IMG/VR virus record: IMGVR_UViG_3300033233_000005
From: a virus
Lineage: Duplodnaviria > Heunggongvirae > Uroviricota > Caudoviricetes
Direction: 5' to 3' (one strand)
DNA length: 64,000 nucleotides
How positions within the stretch are numbered: the first letter of the stretch is position 1; every line of letters begins with the position of its first letter. Shown here one piece after another: positions 18,290 to 28,548 of the stretch. Below the pieces are notes generated by a model. The model worked only from the letters and a program-made list of their open reading frames with translations. It did no database searches and was not told the DNA's origin. The position numbers and the translations under genes were made by a program.

Positions 18290-18612
18290 ACCACTTTATC
18301 GTCATGGCACTGGCGACAAGTGCTATCTCCCTGACGGTTACCAAGTCCAAGCTGTTCAAGACAATGAGACAATTCATCAAGTTTATGGCTGAACCGAATG
18401 TATATGGGCACGGGTGGTTTGAACTGCTCAGTGAACTGTTGTCCTGCCACTACTGTTTCAGCCATTGGGTAGCGTTCCTGATGGTGTGGACATGTAGGAC
18501 AGAAGATGTTAATATCACCACGTGGTTCATCACTTCAATGGCAGTGGTAGGTGCCGCTGCCGTCAATTCGGGCATCGTCTTGTGGCTGGGCCACAACGAG
18601 GCAAAGGAGTAA
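18286..18612 (+). CDS. hypothetical membrane protein
   Basis: ATGA; 3 to 4 transmembrane helices. Confidence 0.45.
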   Translation: MNHFIVMALATSAISLTVTKSKLFKTMRQFIKFMAEPNVYGHGWFELLSELLSCHYCFSHWVAFLMVWTCRTEDVNITTWFITSMAVVGAAAVNSGIVLWLGHNEAKE

Positions 18613-18804
18613 CCGATGATAACATTCGGTGCTGGTATAGTGGTCGGTATTCTGTTTATTCTGGGCTGTCTTGCGTATGCGCTAATTAGTAGGTTGTAGT
18701 AATACTATGAAACAGTGGTGCATGGACAGTCCCTTCCTGACGTTCTTCATCGTCATGGGAGTGCTGGAAGTTCTCAAAGTGTTGGTGCAGCGGATCAATC
18801 GCAA

Positions 18805-19074
18805 ATGATGGGCCACATCCCATTGCTATTTGGAATAGCCGCCTGGCTGTCGGTCTTTCTGTGTTTCACGGGCACGAAGGCTTGGACTCACTATCTGCGG
18901 TGGGCCAGCATATCCTTCGGGGTGCTGTTTGCCTCTATCGCTGCCGTAGTCGCCTTCAGTGGGGCGATGTTGCTGGAACAATTCCACTTGCCATTAACAT
19001 GGTGGTTGGTAATCTGCACATGGCCATATACCGAGGATTGCATCAGAACGTTAATTAGCAATAAGGAGGGATGA
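18805..19074 (+). CDS. hypothetical membrane protein
   Basis: ATGA-coupled MMGHIPLLFGIAAW... Confidence 0.4.
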   Translation: MMGHIPLLFGIAAWLSVFLCFTGTKAWTHYLRWASISFGVLFASIAAVVAFSGAMLLEQFHLPLTWWLVICTWPYTEDCIRTLISNKEG

Positions 19075-19289
19075 TGGATCGAGAATCGCTGATCCTAGCC
19101 AAGCGGCGGCTATACTCAGCGCTGTTGGCTATTCCGCCTGATGATATCTCGGATGGGGACGTAGACCTGATGTTTGCATTGTCCCAGGATGCAGATATCC
19201 AGGCCGTATTAGATACCGCATTAAAGAAGGAAGCACCGGTTGAGGTCGAGGACACCAGCATTGACATGGAGGATGATGAAGATGAATAG
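19071..19289 (+). CDS. small acidic protein
   Basis: RBS GGAGGG then ATGATG. Confidence 0.5.
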   Translation: MMDRESLILAKRRLYSALLAIPPDDISDGDVDLMFALSQDADIQAVLDTALKKEAPVEVEDTSIDMEDDEDE

Positions 19290-19566
19290 AGAATGGGAGG
19301 ATTGTCCAGCATGTAGCCGAGATCGAAGGATCGCCGACGCGATGGGAGAGCCTGCGGGGGACTGTCTAACCTGTGAGACCCACTTCAAGGAGATAGACAT
19401 CGAGAAGGCCAAGACCAGAGCGGAAGTTATCTCTCTAATCAAACAGGCATGGGAAATCACCTTTCATCCGTCACAATTGGGCAAGACCGCTGGTGCCAAA
19501 AAGAGATTCGAGGCCGCTGTTGACATGGTGGAACACCCACACGAAGCGGTAGGTCAGGCATTGTGA
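19279..19566 (+). CDS. Zn-ribbon protein (CPAC...CLTC)
   Basis: internal ATG MNREWEDCPAC. Confidence 0.45.
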   Translation, partial: KMNREWEDCPACSRDRRIADAMGEPAGDCLTCETHFKEIDIEKAKTRAEVISLIKQAWEITFHPSQLGKTAGAKKRFEAAVDMVEHPHEAVGQAL

Positions 19567-19907
19567 GCTGGTCCGTTAGGCTCATGCCAGCCAATGGTGA
19601 AAATCCCGTATCCGTACCCACATTTACGGAAGGCGGGACCTATGCTATAGGTGGGACCAGCGTGGCTGATCTGAATGTAACCTACAATTATAGCAGGGTT
19701 TACAGAACGGTTGGTTTTGAATTTGGAGACATGGATGGGCGGAGGGCTGGTGACCTTATTCCTCAGATGGAGGGAGTGGTGCAGAAACTGGGAACGAAAC
19801 GAGACACCGATTATTGGGCCGCCACACCTGGGAATGCCGGTTATGCCTTAAATATCCTGCTGGGTTGGGCCGAGTTGTATCCAAACGCCAGATTCGAGAT
19901 AAACTGA
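19563..19907 (+). CDS. hypothetical protein
   Basis: GTGA-coupled. Confidence 0.45.
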   Translation: MSWSVRLMPANGENPVSVPTFTEGGTYAIGGTSVADLNVTYNYSRVYRTVGFEFGDMDGRRAGDLIPQMEGVVQKLGTKRDTDYWAATPGNAGYALNILLGWAELYPNARFEIN

Positions 19908-20659
19908 TGATAGATAGTTTCTCTGTCGAACACAGATTTCTGTCCAATTTCTGGCCAGCCAAGGTCAAACTGGATGGAATCGAATATCAGACAGTAGAGC
20001 ACGCCTATCAGGCCGCTAAGACGCTTGACCCCTTCCTGCGCAAGCCCTTCGAATCTATAGAACCGGGGAGGGCTAAACGCCTGGGCAAACGATTAAAGAT
20101 GCGGCCTGATTGGAAACAAGTTAAGATCCCTATTATGAAGGACCTATTATTACAGAAATTCGCTGATCCCGAGCTAAAACAGCTCCTACTGAGCACGGGA
20201 GATGAACTGCTGATAGAGGGTAACACCTGGGGCGACACATTCTGGGGGATATGTAGATCAGAGGGTAGCAATTATCTAGGTCAGATCCTAATGGGCATTC
20301 GTGCTATACTTAAAGAGGGTGATCACAGCATATTTGATAGGATACCGAGTACGCTGGTGTTTGGGTATATCGGCGTGACATTTCCAGCGGTTAGAACAAT
20401 GGACACAATATGGTGGATCTTAGATCAAACAGAGAATCCGGTGGAATTGGCGAGGACTAAACCACCTGCTGATGAATTCCACAGCTTTCATTCGGGCAAT
20501 GCATCACACGGTCAGTATCCTACTTGGGAGCATTGGCTCAAACAGTGGGTATTAGATAATGAGCAACTATTATATGATCCGTTGGCTTGGACCATTAGTA
20601 ATGGTGGAGCAATAACAAATGTCCTAATGATCAACCAGGAGGTTAAACATGCCAAGTAA
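19907..20659 (+). CDS. NADAR (YbiA/DUF1768)-domain protein fused to a DPLAW-tail module
   Basis: TGATGA coupling; MIDSFSVEHRFLSNFW, EHAYQAAK, GNTWGD...ICRSEGSNYLGQILMGIR; C-terminus EQLLYDPLAWTISNGG. Confidence 0.8.
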   Translation: MIDSFSVEHRFLSNFWPAKVKLDGIEYQTVEHAYQAAKTLDPFLRKPFESIEPGRAKRLGKRLKMRPDWKQVKIPIMKDLLLQKFADPELKQLLLSTGDELLIEGNTWGDTFWGICRSEGSNYLGQILMGIRAILKEGDHSIFDRIPSTLVFGYIGVTFPAVRTMDTIWWILDQTENPVELARTKPPADEFHSFHSGNASHGQYPTWEHWLKQWVLDNEQLLYDPLAWTISNGGAITNVLMINQEVKHAK

Positions 20660-21113
20660 GAAGAAAGAACCAGCGGCGGTTGCCGCTGATGCGCCCGTTA
20701 CAGAAGAAAAGAAGGCCGAGCGCCAGCCTGTCAGCAAGGAAGACCTGCAAAAGGCCGAAGCCATCTTTGATCAGATGAGGACCCTGGCCGACACGTTGCC
20801 CAAGGGAGTGGAGTCGATTATCTCAATTGGCCGGTACACGCAGTCCAATGCCAGTGGCTTATATCTGTTAATGATCTCGCACCGGATGCTGGACAACGTG
20901 TTCAATATGAATAAGGACCACGACCAGCACATGGCGATGCTAACCGGATTGCTGGCTTCCGGAGCATTACAGTTGCTTACCCATGATGGCCTGATGGCAT
21001 TGGCCAAGTATTATGGGGCAGATGGTAAGGACATGAAGAATGATAGCAAACAAGCCAAGATAGCACACGTCGAGCGTCTGTTGCGCGGCGATACCGGGTC
21101 GGCTGCGGCCTAG
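20649..21113 (+). CDS. hypothetical protein
   Basis: RBS GGAGG; 154 aa. Confidence 0.5.
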   Translation: MPSKKKEPAAVAADAPVTEEKKAERQPVSKEDLQKAEAIFDQMRTLADTLPKGVESIISIGRYTQSNASGLYLLMISHRMLDNVFNMNKDHDQHMAMLTGLLASGALQLLTHDGLMALAKYYGADGKDMKNDSKQAKIAHVERLLRGDTGSAAA

Positions 21114-21150
21114 TATAAAACTAGCAGCGACAGCTATAAAGCAAAGGAGG
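21110..21150 (+). promoter_or_regulatory. tandem promoter-like elements CTAG-TATAAAA-CTAG and CTATAAAGCAAAGGAGG
   Basis: palindromic stem around TATAAAA; second copy fused to the RBS of gene 21155. Confidence 0.4.
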
Positions 21151-21154
21151 CCGC

Positions 21155-21571
21155 GTGTCACAACAGCAAGCTACTGTCAGTCATATCCAGGCAAACCAAC
21201 AGAGGTTGAGCGATCTAATGTGTAAGGGTGGCAAGATGAAGATCAGACCCACAAATGGCAAATGGTTTGACTGCTATGAGACGTCCGACGATCAAGTGCG
21301 AGTCGGTGAAGCCTGCCCTCTCGGTACCGCTGCCATTGCAGCTGGATTGCCTTCTGCCACTGCCTATAAATTTGAACAAGCCTCTGGTGATGGCGGCGTT
21401 GAAAGGTGGGTAAAGAAACATCTCCCGTCCGTCAATGAAATGGTACAGCATCCAGCAGACAGCGCTGGCAGGAAATTGCGGTCCGTTATGTCTGTGGTTA
21501 TCGACTTGACTGATGAATATGAATGGAGTCGTAAGCGAGTGATCGCTTGGCTGCGTAAGTTGGGTATGTAA
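21155..21571 (+). CDS. hypothetical protein
   Basis: GTG start preceded by TATAAAGCAAAGGAGG. Confidence 0.55.
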   Translation: MSQQQATVSHIQANQQRLSDLMCKGGKMKIRPTNGKWFDCYETSDDQVRVGEACPLGTAAIAAGLPSATAYKFEQASGDGGVERWVKKHLPSVNEMVQHPADSAGRKLRSVMSVVIDLTDEYEWSRKRVIAWLRKLGM

Positions 21572-21824
21572 GTGAAGTGGTGGCTTATCCTCCTGGCCTG
21601 TGTATGTGGCCATCCAGGAGTGGCAGTACTGATTTTCTTCATCATGGATGAGGACTGATGGGAGACAATCTTAAATGGTACCACGCTCCAATATTACTGG
21701 TGGTTGCACGGTGGAGTAAGCTACGAGCATTGTTTTGGCCACTGGCCATAACCTGGATTGTTTGCTCGGTTATAACTTGTGTCTACCTTAAACATCATCT
21801 AATCTTACACTGGAAGTAATCTTG

Positions 21825-21898
21825 GGGGCGGTAGCTCAATTGGTTAGAGCAACCGGCTCATAATCGGTAGGTTGTGGGATCGTTCCCCACCCGCCCCA
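21825..21898 (+). tRNA. tRNA-Met/Ile2 (CAU)
   Basis: GGGGCGG/CCGCCCC acceptor, TAGCTC..GAGC D-arm, anticodon loop CTCATAA; T-loop ATCGTTC. Confidence 0.7.
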
Positions 21899-21905
21899 AG
21901 TCATT

Positions 21906-22625
21906 ATGAAGATACTTATCACTAGTGACACACATGAAGGGATGACTATGCCTGAGATCCTAAATAACTTTTATAAGCAGATGAGCAAAGAGCGTCCCGA
22001 TCTGGTGTTGCATGCAGGTGACTGGGGTACCTGTGACCTACACGATGTTGACATAGCTATGGACATGTACAGACGGCAGTTGCGCAAGGTACAGACCGTA
22101 ACCGTGTTTGGTAATCATGATTACTGGCAGACCGGTGGGTCAATCAATTACAAGAGTGTAGTAGAAATGGGTATAGCATTGCGGGACACAGCAGCAAAAT
22201 ATCATATTGATTACCCGTTCCCACATTCTCATCAACTCCACCCGAATATTAACATCTATGGATTCGATGGCTGGTATGCGCATGATGACCCTCCTACCAA
22301 AGATATCAGATTCATGCCGCGTGATTTTGAGGGTAAACCGATGCATATAGGGATGAGGGGTAGGGCTCAACGGGAATTTAACTACATGTTGACCAATCCC
22401 ACGCCGTTCGCCGTTGGTAAGCCTAAGTTACTACTTACACACTTCCCTATGGCTGACAATCCGTTCTCTGCGCCAGCCCGATGGATGGACTTCGTAGCAC
22501 CAGAATTTGATTACCTAGTGGTTGGACATTCACACAGACCAGCCGATTATACAGTAGGAAAATGTCGAGTGATAAACCCAGGAAGTGATATAAACAACCC
22601 ACGCTACGTCGTACTGGAGGTCTGA
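21906..22625 (+). CDS. calcineurin-like metallophosphoesterase
   Basis: ITSDTHEG, HAGDWG, FGNHDY motifs. Confidence 0.8.
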   Translation: MKILITSDTHEGMTMPEILNNFYKQMSKERPDLVLHAGDWGTCDLHDVDIAMDMYRRQLRKVQTVTVFGNHDYWQTGGSINYKSVVEMGIALRDTAAKYHIDYPFPHSHQLHPNINIYGFDGWYAHDDPPTKDIRFMPRDFEGKPMHIGMRGRAQREFNYMLTNPTPFAVGKPKLLLTHFPMADNPFSAPARWMDFVAPEFDYLVVGHSHRPADYTVGKCRVINPGSDINNPRYVVLEV

Positions 22626-24256
22626 TGTCCAATCTTGGTAAGGCCGCGCCTATGCTCATGCCCAATGTGCCAGTAGCTACAAAGGAAGATGATGTGGTGC
22701 AGATCACTGTCCAGAATTCCGATTTGGAGAAACTGTACAAAGGTCTCAATAAAAAGAAGATCGCGCACATCAAAAAGTGCATGAATGGGAACAATAGGAT
22801 CATGTCGGTAATCAGGGTGAACATGGCCGAAGACTGGTTCATCAAAGCAATGTTCAAGTTTGACCTGGGCAGGCGTGACTACTTCGTCATCCAGGAAACC
22901 TTGAACGGCGATCCAGATATCCATAAGATGGTGATTACCGATCCGGCTCAATTGGAATATGCGATCAACAAGCTGGGTAAGAATGGCCAGTTGAATGCCG
23001 AGATCTTCCTCAACGGGCGCTGGTACCCGATCCATCTAGATGCCGAATACGAGACTGGCATGTTCGGTACCTATACCACTCTGTCTACCCCGTTGCACAT
23101 CGTTAATATCGACTATACGCGGCGGTGGTACGTTACCGACCGGCACTTTAACGATAGTAATGGCAGAAGCGCGTCCTATACGGTAGAGAAGATTCTGGAT
23201 ATGGTCGGTTTGCGTATGTTCCAGACTAATATTGAGGAATATCGGGCGCGGTGTCTCAAAGCCATCGACAACTACGGTCCGGCTGGTACGGTTAAAGAAT
23301 GTGTAGGTCCGGCCTTAAATCTGGGTGGGTTCATGTTCTGGACCATGCTAGATTCAATTGAGTTGGGAGATAAGACCAGTCCGCGCCGGGTGATCCTGGA
23401 GCGGCAACTGGAGACGAAACACGAGATTGACGATGATCCGGAGGATGTTATCCCCAACCGCCCAATGGAACAGAATCTCCCGTTTATCAGGGTATTTGCC
23501 ATCGATCATAAGGCGTATATGTATGTCGATGTGGACGACCTGCGGCCCGGCACTTTCGATGTTAAGGCAGTTGAGCGTCTGGTCCTGCCAGATGAGAAGG
23601 CGAAATTACTCAAGAGCCTGTTTACGGCTGATACCTCTTCCCTATTTGGTGACATGTTGAAAGGAAAGCACGGCGGGATGATCATTCTAGCGAACGGTCG
23701 GCCAGGGACCGGTAAGACCCTGACGGCTGAGGTCTTTGCCGAATACACCAAGCGCCCACTGTATGCCGTGGCCGTGGGTGAGTTGGGGCTGGATCTCGAA
23801 TCCATCGAACGAAATCTGCAGCGTATCTTCCGACGGGTAACAAAGTGGAATGCGGTTCTCCTTCTAGACGAGGCAGACATCTTCCTGGCCAAACGGGACG
23901 AGAACATCGAGCGGAGCGCCATCGTAGGGGTGTTCCTGCGGTTGCTCGATTACTATAAGGGGCTATTGTTTCTGACCACCAATCGGGTTGAGACGATCGA
24001 CGAGGCATTCAGGTCCCGTATCACGATTAAGTTGACGTACCCCGATCTGGAGAAGGAAGCCCGTTTGAAAATCTGGACTATGATGCTTAAGCAGGCAGAA
24101 GTACCTGTGAATGAATCATTGGGTCCTGTGGCCGATATGCCGATGAATGGACGCCAGATCAGAAATATGGTGCGGCTCATCAAGGTCCTTCACAAGGGGA
24201 AACCCGTTGTACCGGTGAAGGAGATCCTTGAGGTCTGCAAGTTCTCCAACGATTAA
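22625..24256 (+). CDS. AAA+ ATPase (C-terminal AAA domain, unknown N-terminal about 350 aa)
   Basis: Walker A NGRPGTGKT, Walker B LLLDEADIFL, TTNRVETIDEAFRSR. Confidence 0.8.
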   Translation: MSNLGKAAPMLMPNVPVATKEDDVVQITVQNSDLEKLYKGLNKKKIAHIKKCMNGNNRIMSVIRVNMAEDWFIKAMFKFDLGRRDYFVIQETLNGDPDIHKMVITDPAQLEYAINKLGKNGQLNAEIFLNGRWYPIHLDAEYETGMFGTYTTLSTPLHIVNIDYTRRWYVTDRHFNDSNGRSASYTVEKILDMVGLRMFQTNIEEYRARCLKAIDNYGPAGTVKECVGPALNLGGFMFWTMLDSIELGDKTSPRRVILERQLETKHEIDDDPEDVIPNRPMEQNLPFIRVFAIDHKAYMYVDVDDLRPGTFDVKAVERLVLPDEKAKLLKSLFTADTSSLFGDMLKGKHGGMIILANGRPGTGKTLTAEVFAEYTKRPLYAVAVGELGLDLESIERNLQRIFRRVTKWNAVLLLDEADIFLAKRDENIERSAIVGVFLRLLDYYKGLLFLTTNRVETIDEAFRSRITIKLTYPDLEKEARLKIWTMMLKQAEVPVNESLGPVADMPMNGRQIRNMVRLIKVLHKGKPVVPVKEILEVCKFSND

Positions 24257-24266
24257 AGGAGGGTGA

Positions 24267-24449
24267 ATGCCTGAGTCACAACGCAGGATTAGGTTCCTAC
24301 GGTCACAACCTCAGCTAGAGGGGGAACACACCGGGCAGATCATATCCGGGTTTATGTCGCCTACCGGATACATTGAAGTCAAGGTAGAAGGGGATGATGG
24401 CAAGATCGTACATGTACACGTTACCGACATAGAATGGATATTCGCATGA
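24267..24449 (+). CDS. hypothetical small protein
   Basis: RBS AAGGAGGG. Confidence 0.45.
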   Translation: MPESQRRIRFLRSQPQLEGEHTGQIISGFMSPTGYIEVKVEGDDGKIVHVHVTDIEWIFA

Positions 24450-24769
24450 ACAAGAGACAACAGGCTGCAATTAGGCGGTTAAAGAAGTACGTCATCAACA
24501 TCGCCAGGAGAAACATGCTGAAAGTGGTCAGTTTTGAACTGGCACCGGATGTACCTGGACCCCTGGATGTTGAGATCCGCACATACGATCGCATGAAGAA
24601 CAAGTTACTACAGAAACATAATGGAAAGTTTGTCGTGATCAAGGGAACCAAACTGTATGGCGTGTTCCTTAGCTTTGAGAATGCCGCGTACCATGGTGTC
24701 GCCAAATTTGGTAATACACCCATGCTGATCAGACAGGTACTGCGCCAGCAACCGGTGTATTTTCTATGA
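24446..24769 (+). CDS. hypothetical protein
   Basis: ATGA-coupled. Confidence 0.45.
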   Translation: MNKRQQAAIRRLKKYVINIARRNMLKVVSFELAPDVPGPLDVEIRTYDRMKNKLLQKHNGKFVVIKGTKLYGVFLSFENAAYHGVAKFGNTPMLIRQVLRQQPVYFL

Positions 24770-25026
24770 ATGAGAAGCCAGAATGGGTAATGGATATTGA
24801 TAACATGTGCCTGTATGTTAAATTTGCGAATAAGTGGTACCTCCCACAATGGGGAACCGACGGTAAGTTGGCCCTGGTAGAAGATGAGCATCCTCCCAAG
24901 GGAGCGCTACTCAAACAGATTAGAGACGAAATAGAACGGGTAGATAAACACTTCCTGTTGATCAATGATCCGCTGTACTCTGGGCGGAGTACCAACCGAA
25001 TCACCATTCCGCCCAAGGAGGAATAA
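24766..25026 (+). CDS. DPL-tail family protein (variant LLINDPLYSG)
   Basis: ATGA-coupled. Confidence 0.5.
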   Translation: MNEKPEWVMDIDNMCLYVKFANKWYLPQWGTDGKLALVEDEHPPKGALLKQIRDEIERVDKHFLLINDPLYSGRSTNRITIPPKEE

Positions 25027-25200
25027 GATGCGATTCAACATTAAAGGCCACGTTAATGTAGAGGCGTTCTCGTTTAAACGACCGGTCAGGGTAGCATATC
25101 TACTGGCAGTTACTGGTGTCGGCGTATACGTGTATGGCCTGGGATTCCTGGCATTTGCCATGTTGTTCACGTCTGATCTAAAGAACGAAGGAACAAAACA

Positions 25201-25599
25201 ATGATGCCTGGCACACCGGTATTACATCGGTACAAGCGTAACGTGGACAATCTGATGAAGGTTGTGATCTTTGATGGTATCCATGAGGACACTGGTGGTG
25301 GATACAGGTTCTTTGATCCTGAATCCGGTAAGACCTTCTTTCAGGAACGGGTTGCGTTCGTAGGATTTGATGGTCAGCCCCTCAATCCGGTTGATGATAT
25401 GATCGATATCGACTGGTCGATCTACGTCGATCAGAAACGACATTCCTGGGGAGAGATCATGGTGATGGGCAAGATGGACCGGCCTCTCATCAGGACGGCA
25501 GAAATCGTGACCGCGATCAACAGCGCCTTGGAGAAATACGGGGAACGGGAAGAGGAACCGAAGGACAAGGATTTAAAGATGTTCAACCTGGAAGCGTAA
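25201..25599 (+). CDS. hypothetical protein
   Basis: ATGATG; 132 aa. Confidence 0.5.
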   Translation: MMPGTPVLHRYKRNVDNLMKVVIFDGIHEDTGGGYRFFDPESGKTFFQERVAFVGFDGQPLNPVDDMIDIDWSIYVDQKRHSWGEIMVMGKMDRPLIRTAEIVTAINSALEKYGEREEEPKDKDLKMFNLEA

Positions 25600-25798
25600 G
25601 GAGGAACATGGACACTGACATCAAGTACCGGCCCTATGGCCTGTACCGCATGATGAATCCGGATATGAATCCCATCCAATTGTGGTTGATCTGGGCCTAT
25701 ACCGAGATCTCCAAGGCAATCCGGCACCGCAAGGCCAGAACCTTGTACAAGGCGATGGCGGAGTAACGGGATGGCGGGCAACCGCCATCCCTGCAATC

Positions 25799-26224
25799 AT
25801 GGCAAGACTACAATTTAAAATCAATGGCAACAGCAGCCACTGGGGTAAGCTAGTAGTTGTCCTACCCGGTTCATGGTGGATGGTTGATTGGATAGCTGAA
25901 CGGGGTATGATGCTACAGCGTATAGGCAAGGAACTTGTATTTAATAGTCATAGAATCGTCAAATCGATAAATTGGGTTCAATGCCGTGGTATGGTTGGCA
26001 CTTTAAAGCAGGATGGTGATACACCAAAGTATAGCTTAAAGACAATAAAGAGCGCCATCAAGCGGGACTTGTGGCAATTGACCGACCCCTTGCATGAAGG
26101 CGCTCATCCACCTACAATGCCAGGACAGAAGGCAGTACAAATAGAACTGTACTTCCGTAAGAAAAACAGGCGAACGATGCCATACTACGGTAAAAGGAGG
26201 GTGTTTGAATGGTACAGCAATTGA
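25799..26224 (+). CDS. hypothetical protein with degenerate tail LTDPLHEG
   Basis: internal ATG chosen within ORF 25682..26224. Confidence 0.4.
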   Translation: MARLQFKINGNSSHWGKLVVVLPGSWWMVDWIAERGMMLQRIGKELVFNSHRIVKSINWVQCRGMVGTLKQDGDTPKYSLKTIKSAIKRDLWQLTDPLHEGAHPPTMPGQKAVQIELYFRKKNRRTMPYYGKRRVFEWYSN

Positions 26225-26601
26225 TCACCCAGGAATTATCGGTGTGCATCGGCAATGGACACCTTTGTGTGCGTGTCTATGGTAGCTGGTGGTTCGTGTC
26301 TCAAGTTGGATCACGGCGTATCTGGTTAGAGAAGGGATTGGAACACATCCAATTGCAGTTGAATCTCAAGCCGACGGTACGTAATATTCACCTTTACGGA
26401 GTGGCAGGATGGGGCACGATACACGAATGTCTTGATGGCAACTACTACTTGGGTCCGCAATCTGCATCATTCTCTGCCCAAGACATTTGGGATAGGGTGA
26501 AAAATTATGCCTATGATCCCATGGTAATGGAGAACGACAAGGCTATCAAGGGGCGTCTGGTGTTTAAGCTCCCTGAGTTTGATGAGTTACGCGTATGGTA
26601 G
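26209..26601 (+). CDS. hypothetical protein (tail YDPMVMEND)
   Basis: 130 aa ORF. Confidence 0.4.
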   Translation: MVQQLITQELSVCIGNGHLCVRVYGSWWFVSQVGSRRIWLEKGLEHIQLQLNLKPTVRNIHLYGVAGWGTIHECLDGNYYLGPQSASFSAQDIWDRVKNYAYDPMVMENDKAIKGRLVFKLPEFDELRVW

Positions 26602-26798
26602 ACACTCTTGCAGTATACAATTGCCCTAGTTGTAAACATGTACACACGATTAATGAGAAGCATTGTATAGATTGTGGCCAATTACATACCAATCGTAGTG
26701 GCATATGTGATAGCTGCTTAGATTACGAATTTGATGATACTGAATGGGAAGATATAGAAAATCCGAATGAGGCTGATGTCTATGGGGAGGGATCATGA
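26595..26798 (+). CDS. Zn-finger protein (CPSC...CIDCG...CDSC)
   Basis: 67 aa, three Cys pairs. Confidence 0.5.
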   Translation: MVDTLAVYNCPSCKHVHTINEKHCIDCGQLHTNRSGICDSCLDYEFDDTEWEDIENPNEADVYGEGS

Positions 26799-27034
26799 AG
26801 ATACACGTCAACAAGGAGCAGTTTATCGTCAAGGTCCAGGTCAGCCTACATACTACCGATCCGAACGGCGCGCAGGTGCTGGTCTACAATGAGGATCGAT
26901 CAGTATGGCACCAAGCACCACTGACCAAGGAGGTTAGCATGCTGATGAAGGGTCTACCCAAAGTATATTGTTTGGCTCACATGCATGATACCATGGTCGT
27001 TTTGGATGAAATGACTGACGAGCAGGACTGGTAA
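26795..27034 (+). CDS. hypothetical protein
   Basis: ATGA-coupled. Confidence 0.45.
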   Translation: MKIHVNKEQFIVKVQVSLHTTDPNGAQVLVYNEDRSVWHQAPLTKEVSMLMKGLPKVYCLAHMHDTMVVLDEMTDEQDW

Positions 27035-27035
27035 C

Positions 27036-27350
27036 ATGGTTGAATTTAAAGTCCTGTATGCCCTAGGGAGAATAAAATCCTTGGCTGTAGACGTCGTATT
27101 TCAATTTGGCGATGCATATGTCTTTCTGGCAGCAGATACGGCGGCTAATGATCCGATACGAGTTGAGCTAGTTAGTGAAGAAGCTAAGGCTGAGATACAG
27201 GCCCTTAAAGCCAATAATAAGGTCATCACCATCGAATCTGCTCTGCATCTATTGGCCACTAATCTAGAACAGATTCGCATGCTGGTCACTGGTGCATCTA
27301 AACATCAGGTGGATTTAGAGAATCAACTCGTACCTCGGGAGAGATCATGA
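27036..27350 (+). CDS. hypothetical protein
   Basis: 104 aa. Confidence 0.5.
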   Translation: MVEFKVLYALGRIKSLAVDVVFQFGDAYVFLAADTAANDPIRVELVSEEAKAEIQALKANNKVITIESALHLLATNLEQIRMLVTGASKHQVDLENQLVPRERS

Positions 27351-27610
27351 TACCAGATGAATCGATAGAAGTAGCGAAATGGTTGGATGACCTGCCCAGT
27401 TACATTAAGAATTCTAACGATCCATCCAGTATGCTTAACAAATTTGCCGATGATCTGGAAAAGACGGTTGCCAAGATACGCGTCCTGGCACAAGTCTGGT
27501 CACACATCATTGCGGCAAGATATCAACTGGATAACCTCAAGGAGCAATATGACAATGTACAACGGCAATTGAAAAAGTTTGATGTCATTAAGAAAGAAGA
27601 CGTGCAGTAA
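27347..27610 (+). CDS. hypothetical coiled-coil protein
   Basis: ATGA-coupled. Confidence 0.5.
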   Translation: MIPDESIEVAKWLDDLPSYIKNSNDPSSMLNKFADDLEKTVAKIRVLAQVWSHIIAARYQLDNLKEQYDNVQRQLKKFDVIKKEDVQ

Positions 27611-28053
27611 TGTCAACACGCTGTCAATTGGGGGTGTATGAAGATGATACGAGGCCCCTGAAAGAATGGGATGTACTATTGTATAGGCACTTTGATGGCT
27701 ATCCACAAGTTGGCAAGAGTGGCGTATTGCCCGACATAACAGAATTCCTGCGTGATTTCATCGAGAAACGTGGTGGAGATTCAGAATATTTGGGTGCGCA
27801 GCTGATGCATCATATGATTAAGACTACTAACGGCCGTATGGGTAAGATAGGTAAGTATGCTGATGCATGGGTAAACGACTATACCGGATATGGCATCTGC
27901 AAGGCAATACACGGTTACATCGAGTTCTTCTACCGTATTACACCGACCAGGATCATCGTATATCAAGTTGACGATCCAGGGACGATGGATACCTGGAAGA
28001 AAATCAAAACGGTGTTATTACAGCGTAAGAACAAGCAGAAGGAGGATAGATGA
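27610..28053 (+). CDS. hypothetical protein
   Basis: TAATG overlap; 147 aa. Confidence 0.5.
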   Translation: MSTRCQLGVYEDDTRPLKEWDVLLYRHFDGYPQVGKSGVLPDITEFLRDFIEKRGGDSEYLGAQLMHHMIKTTNGRMGKIGKYADAWVNDYTGYGICKAIHGYIEFFYRITPTRIIVYQVDDPGTMDTWKKIKTVLLQRKNKQKEDR

Positions 28054-28259
28054 CCTTCACGCATCAGGGGGAGGAACACACGGTCGATGTGGCGTCTGAT
28101 GACGAATTTGTCACTATAGTTAACATCGATGGCATGCAATTCGAATGTGACCACAAGATGATCATCGATCACCGTGACCCCGATGGTGAACTGTCTGATC
28201 GTGGACTACGTAGTATTGCTATTTCGATCTTCAAGGACCTGGACAGATTAGATGAATAA
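28050..28259 (+). CDS. hypothetical protein
   Basis: ATGA-coupled. Confidence 0.45.
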   Translation: MTFTHQGEEHTVDVASDDEFVTIVNIDGMQFECDHKMIIDHRDPDGELSDRGLRSIAISIFKDLDRLDE

Positions 28260-28548
28260 TCGGCCTGAGATCAAATTATACTTGCATCACAGTTACGGTG
28301 TCGTTAAATTATTTGCCACGATCAATGGCAAAGTGTACAGGTGCATGCGTATAGACCCGAATGGAGCGGCCATGACCATAACACGTGACGGATATTTAGA
28401 AGACAAATTGCCACACGGTTGTATCGATCTGACAGCCGTAGTTGATACTGTTGCGTCAAGATTGGGTGAAATCATGGATCCTCTGGCATGGACTAAACAA
28501 CAGGGGTACGATAATGCTACACAGATGAGGTTAAAGAAAAATGTCTAA
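28252..28548 (+). CDS. DPLAW-tail family protein
   Basis: ...LGEIMDPLAWTKQQG. Confidence 0.55.
   Translation: MNNRPEIKLYLHHSYGVVKLFATINGKVYRCMRIDPNGAAMTITRDGYLEDKLPHGCIDLTAVVDTVASRLGEIMDPLAWTKQQGYDNATQMRLKKNV

Noticed and set aside
18090-18392. Alternative reading frame 18090..18392 (GTG start)
   Set aside because: Its Arg/Ser/Trp-rich product looks non-protein-like. The overlapping frame 18086..18289 gives a plausible acidic protein with ATGA-type coupling.
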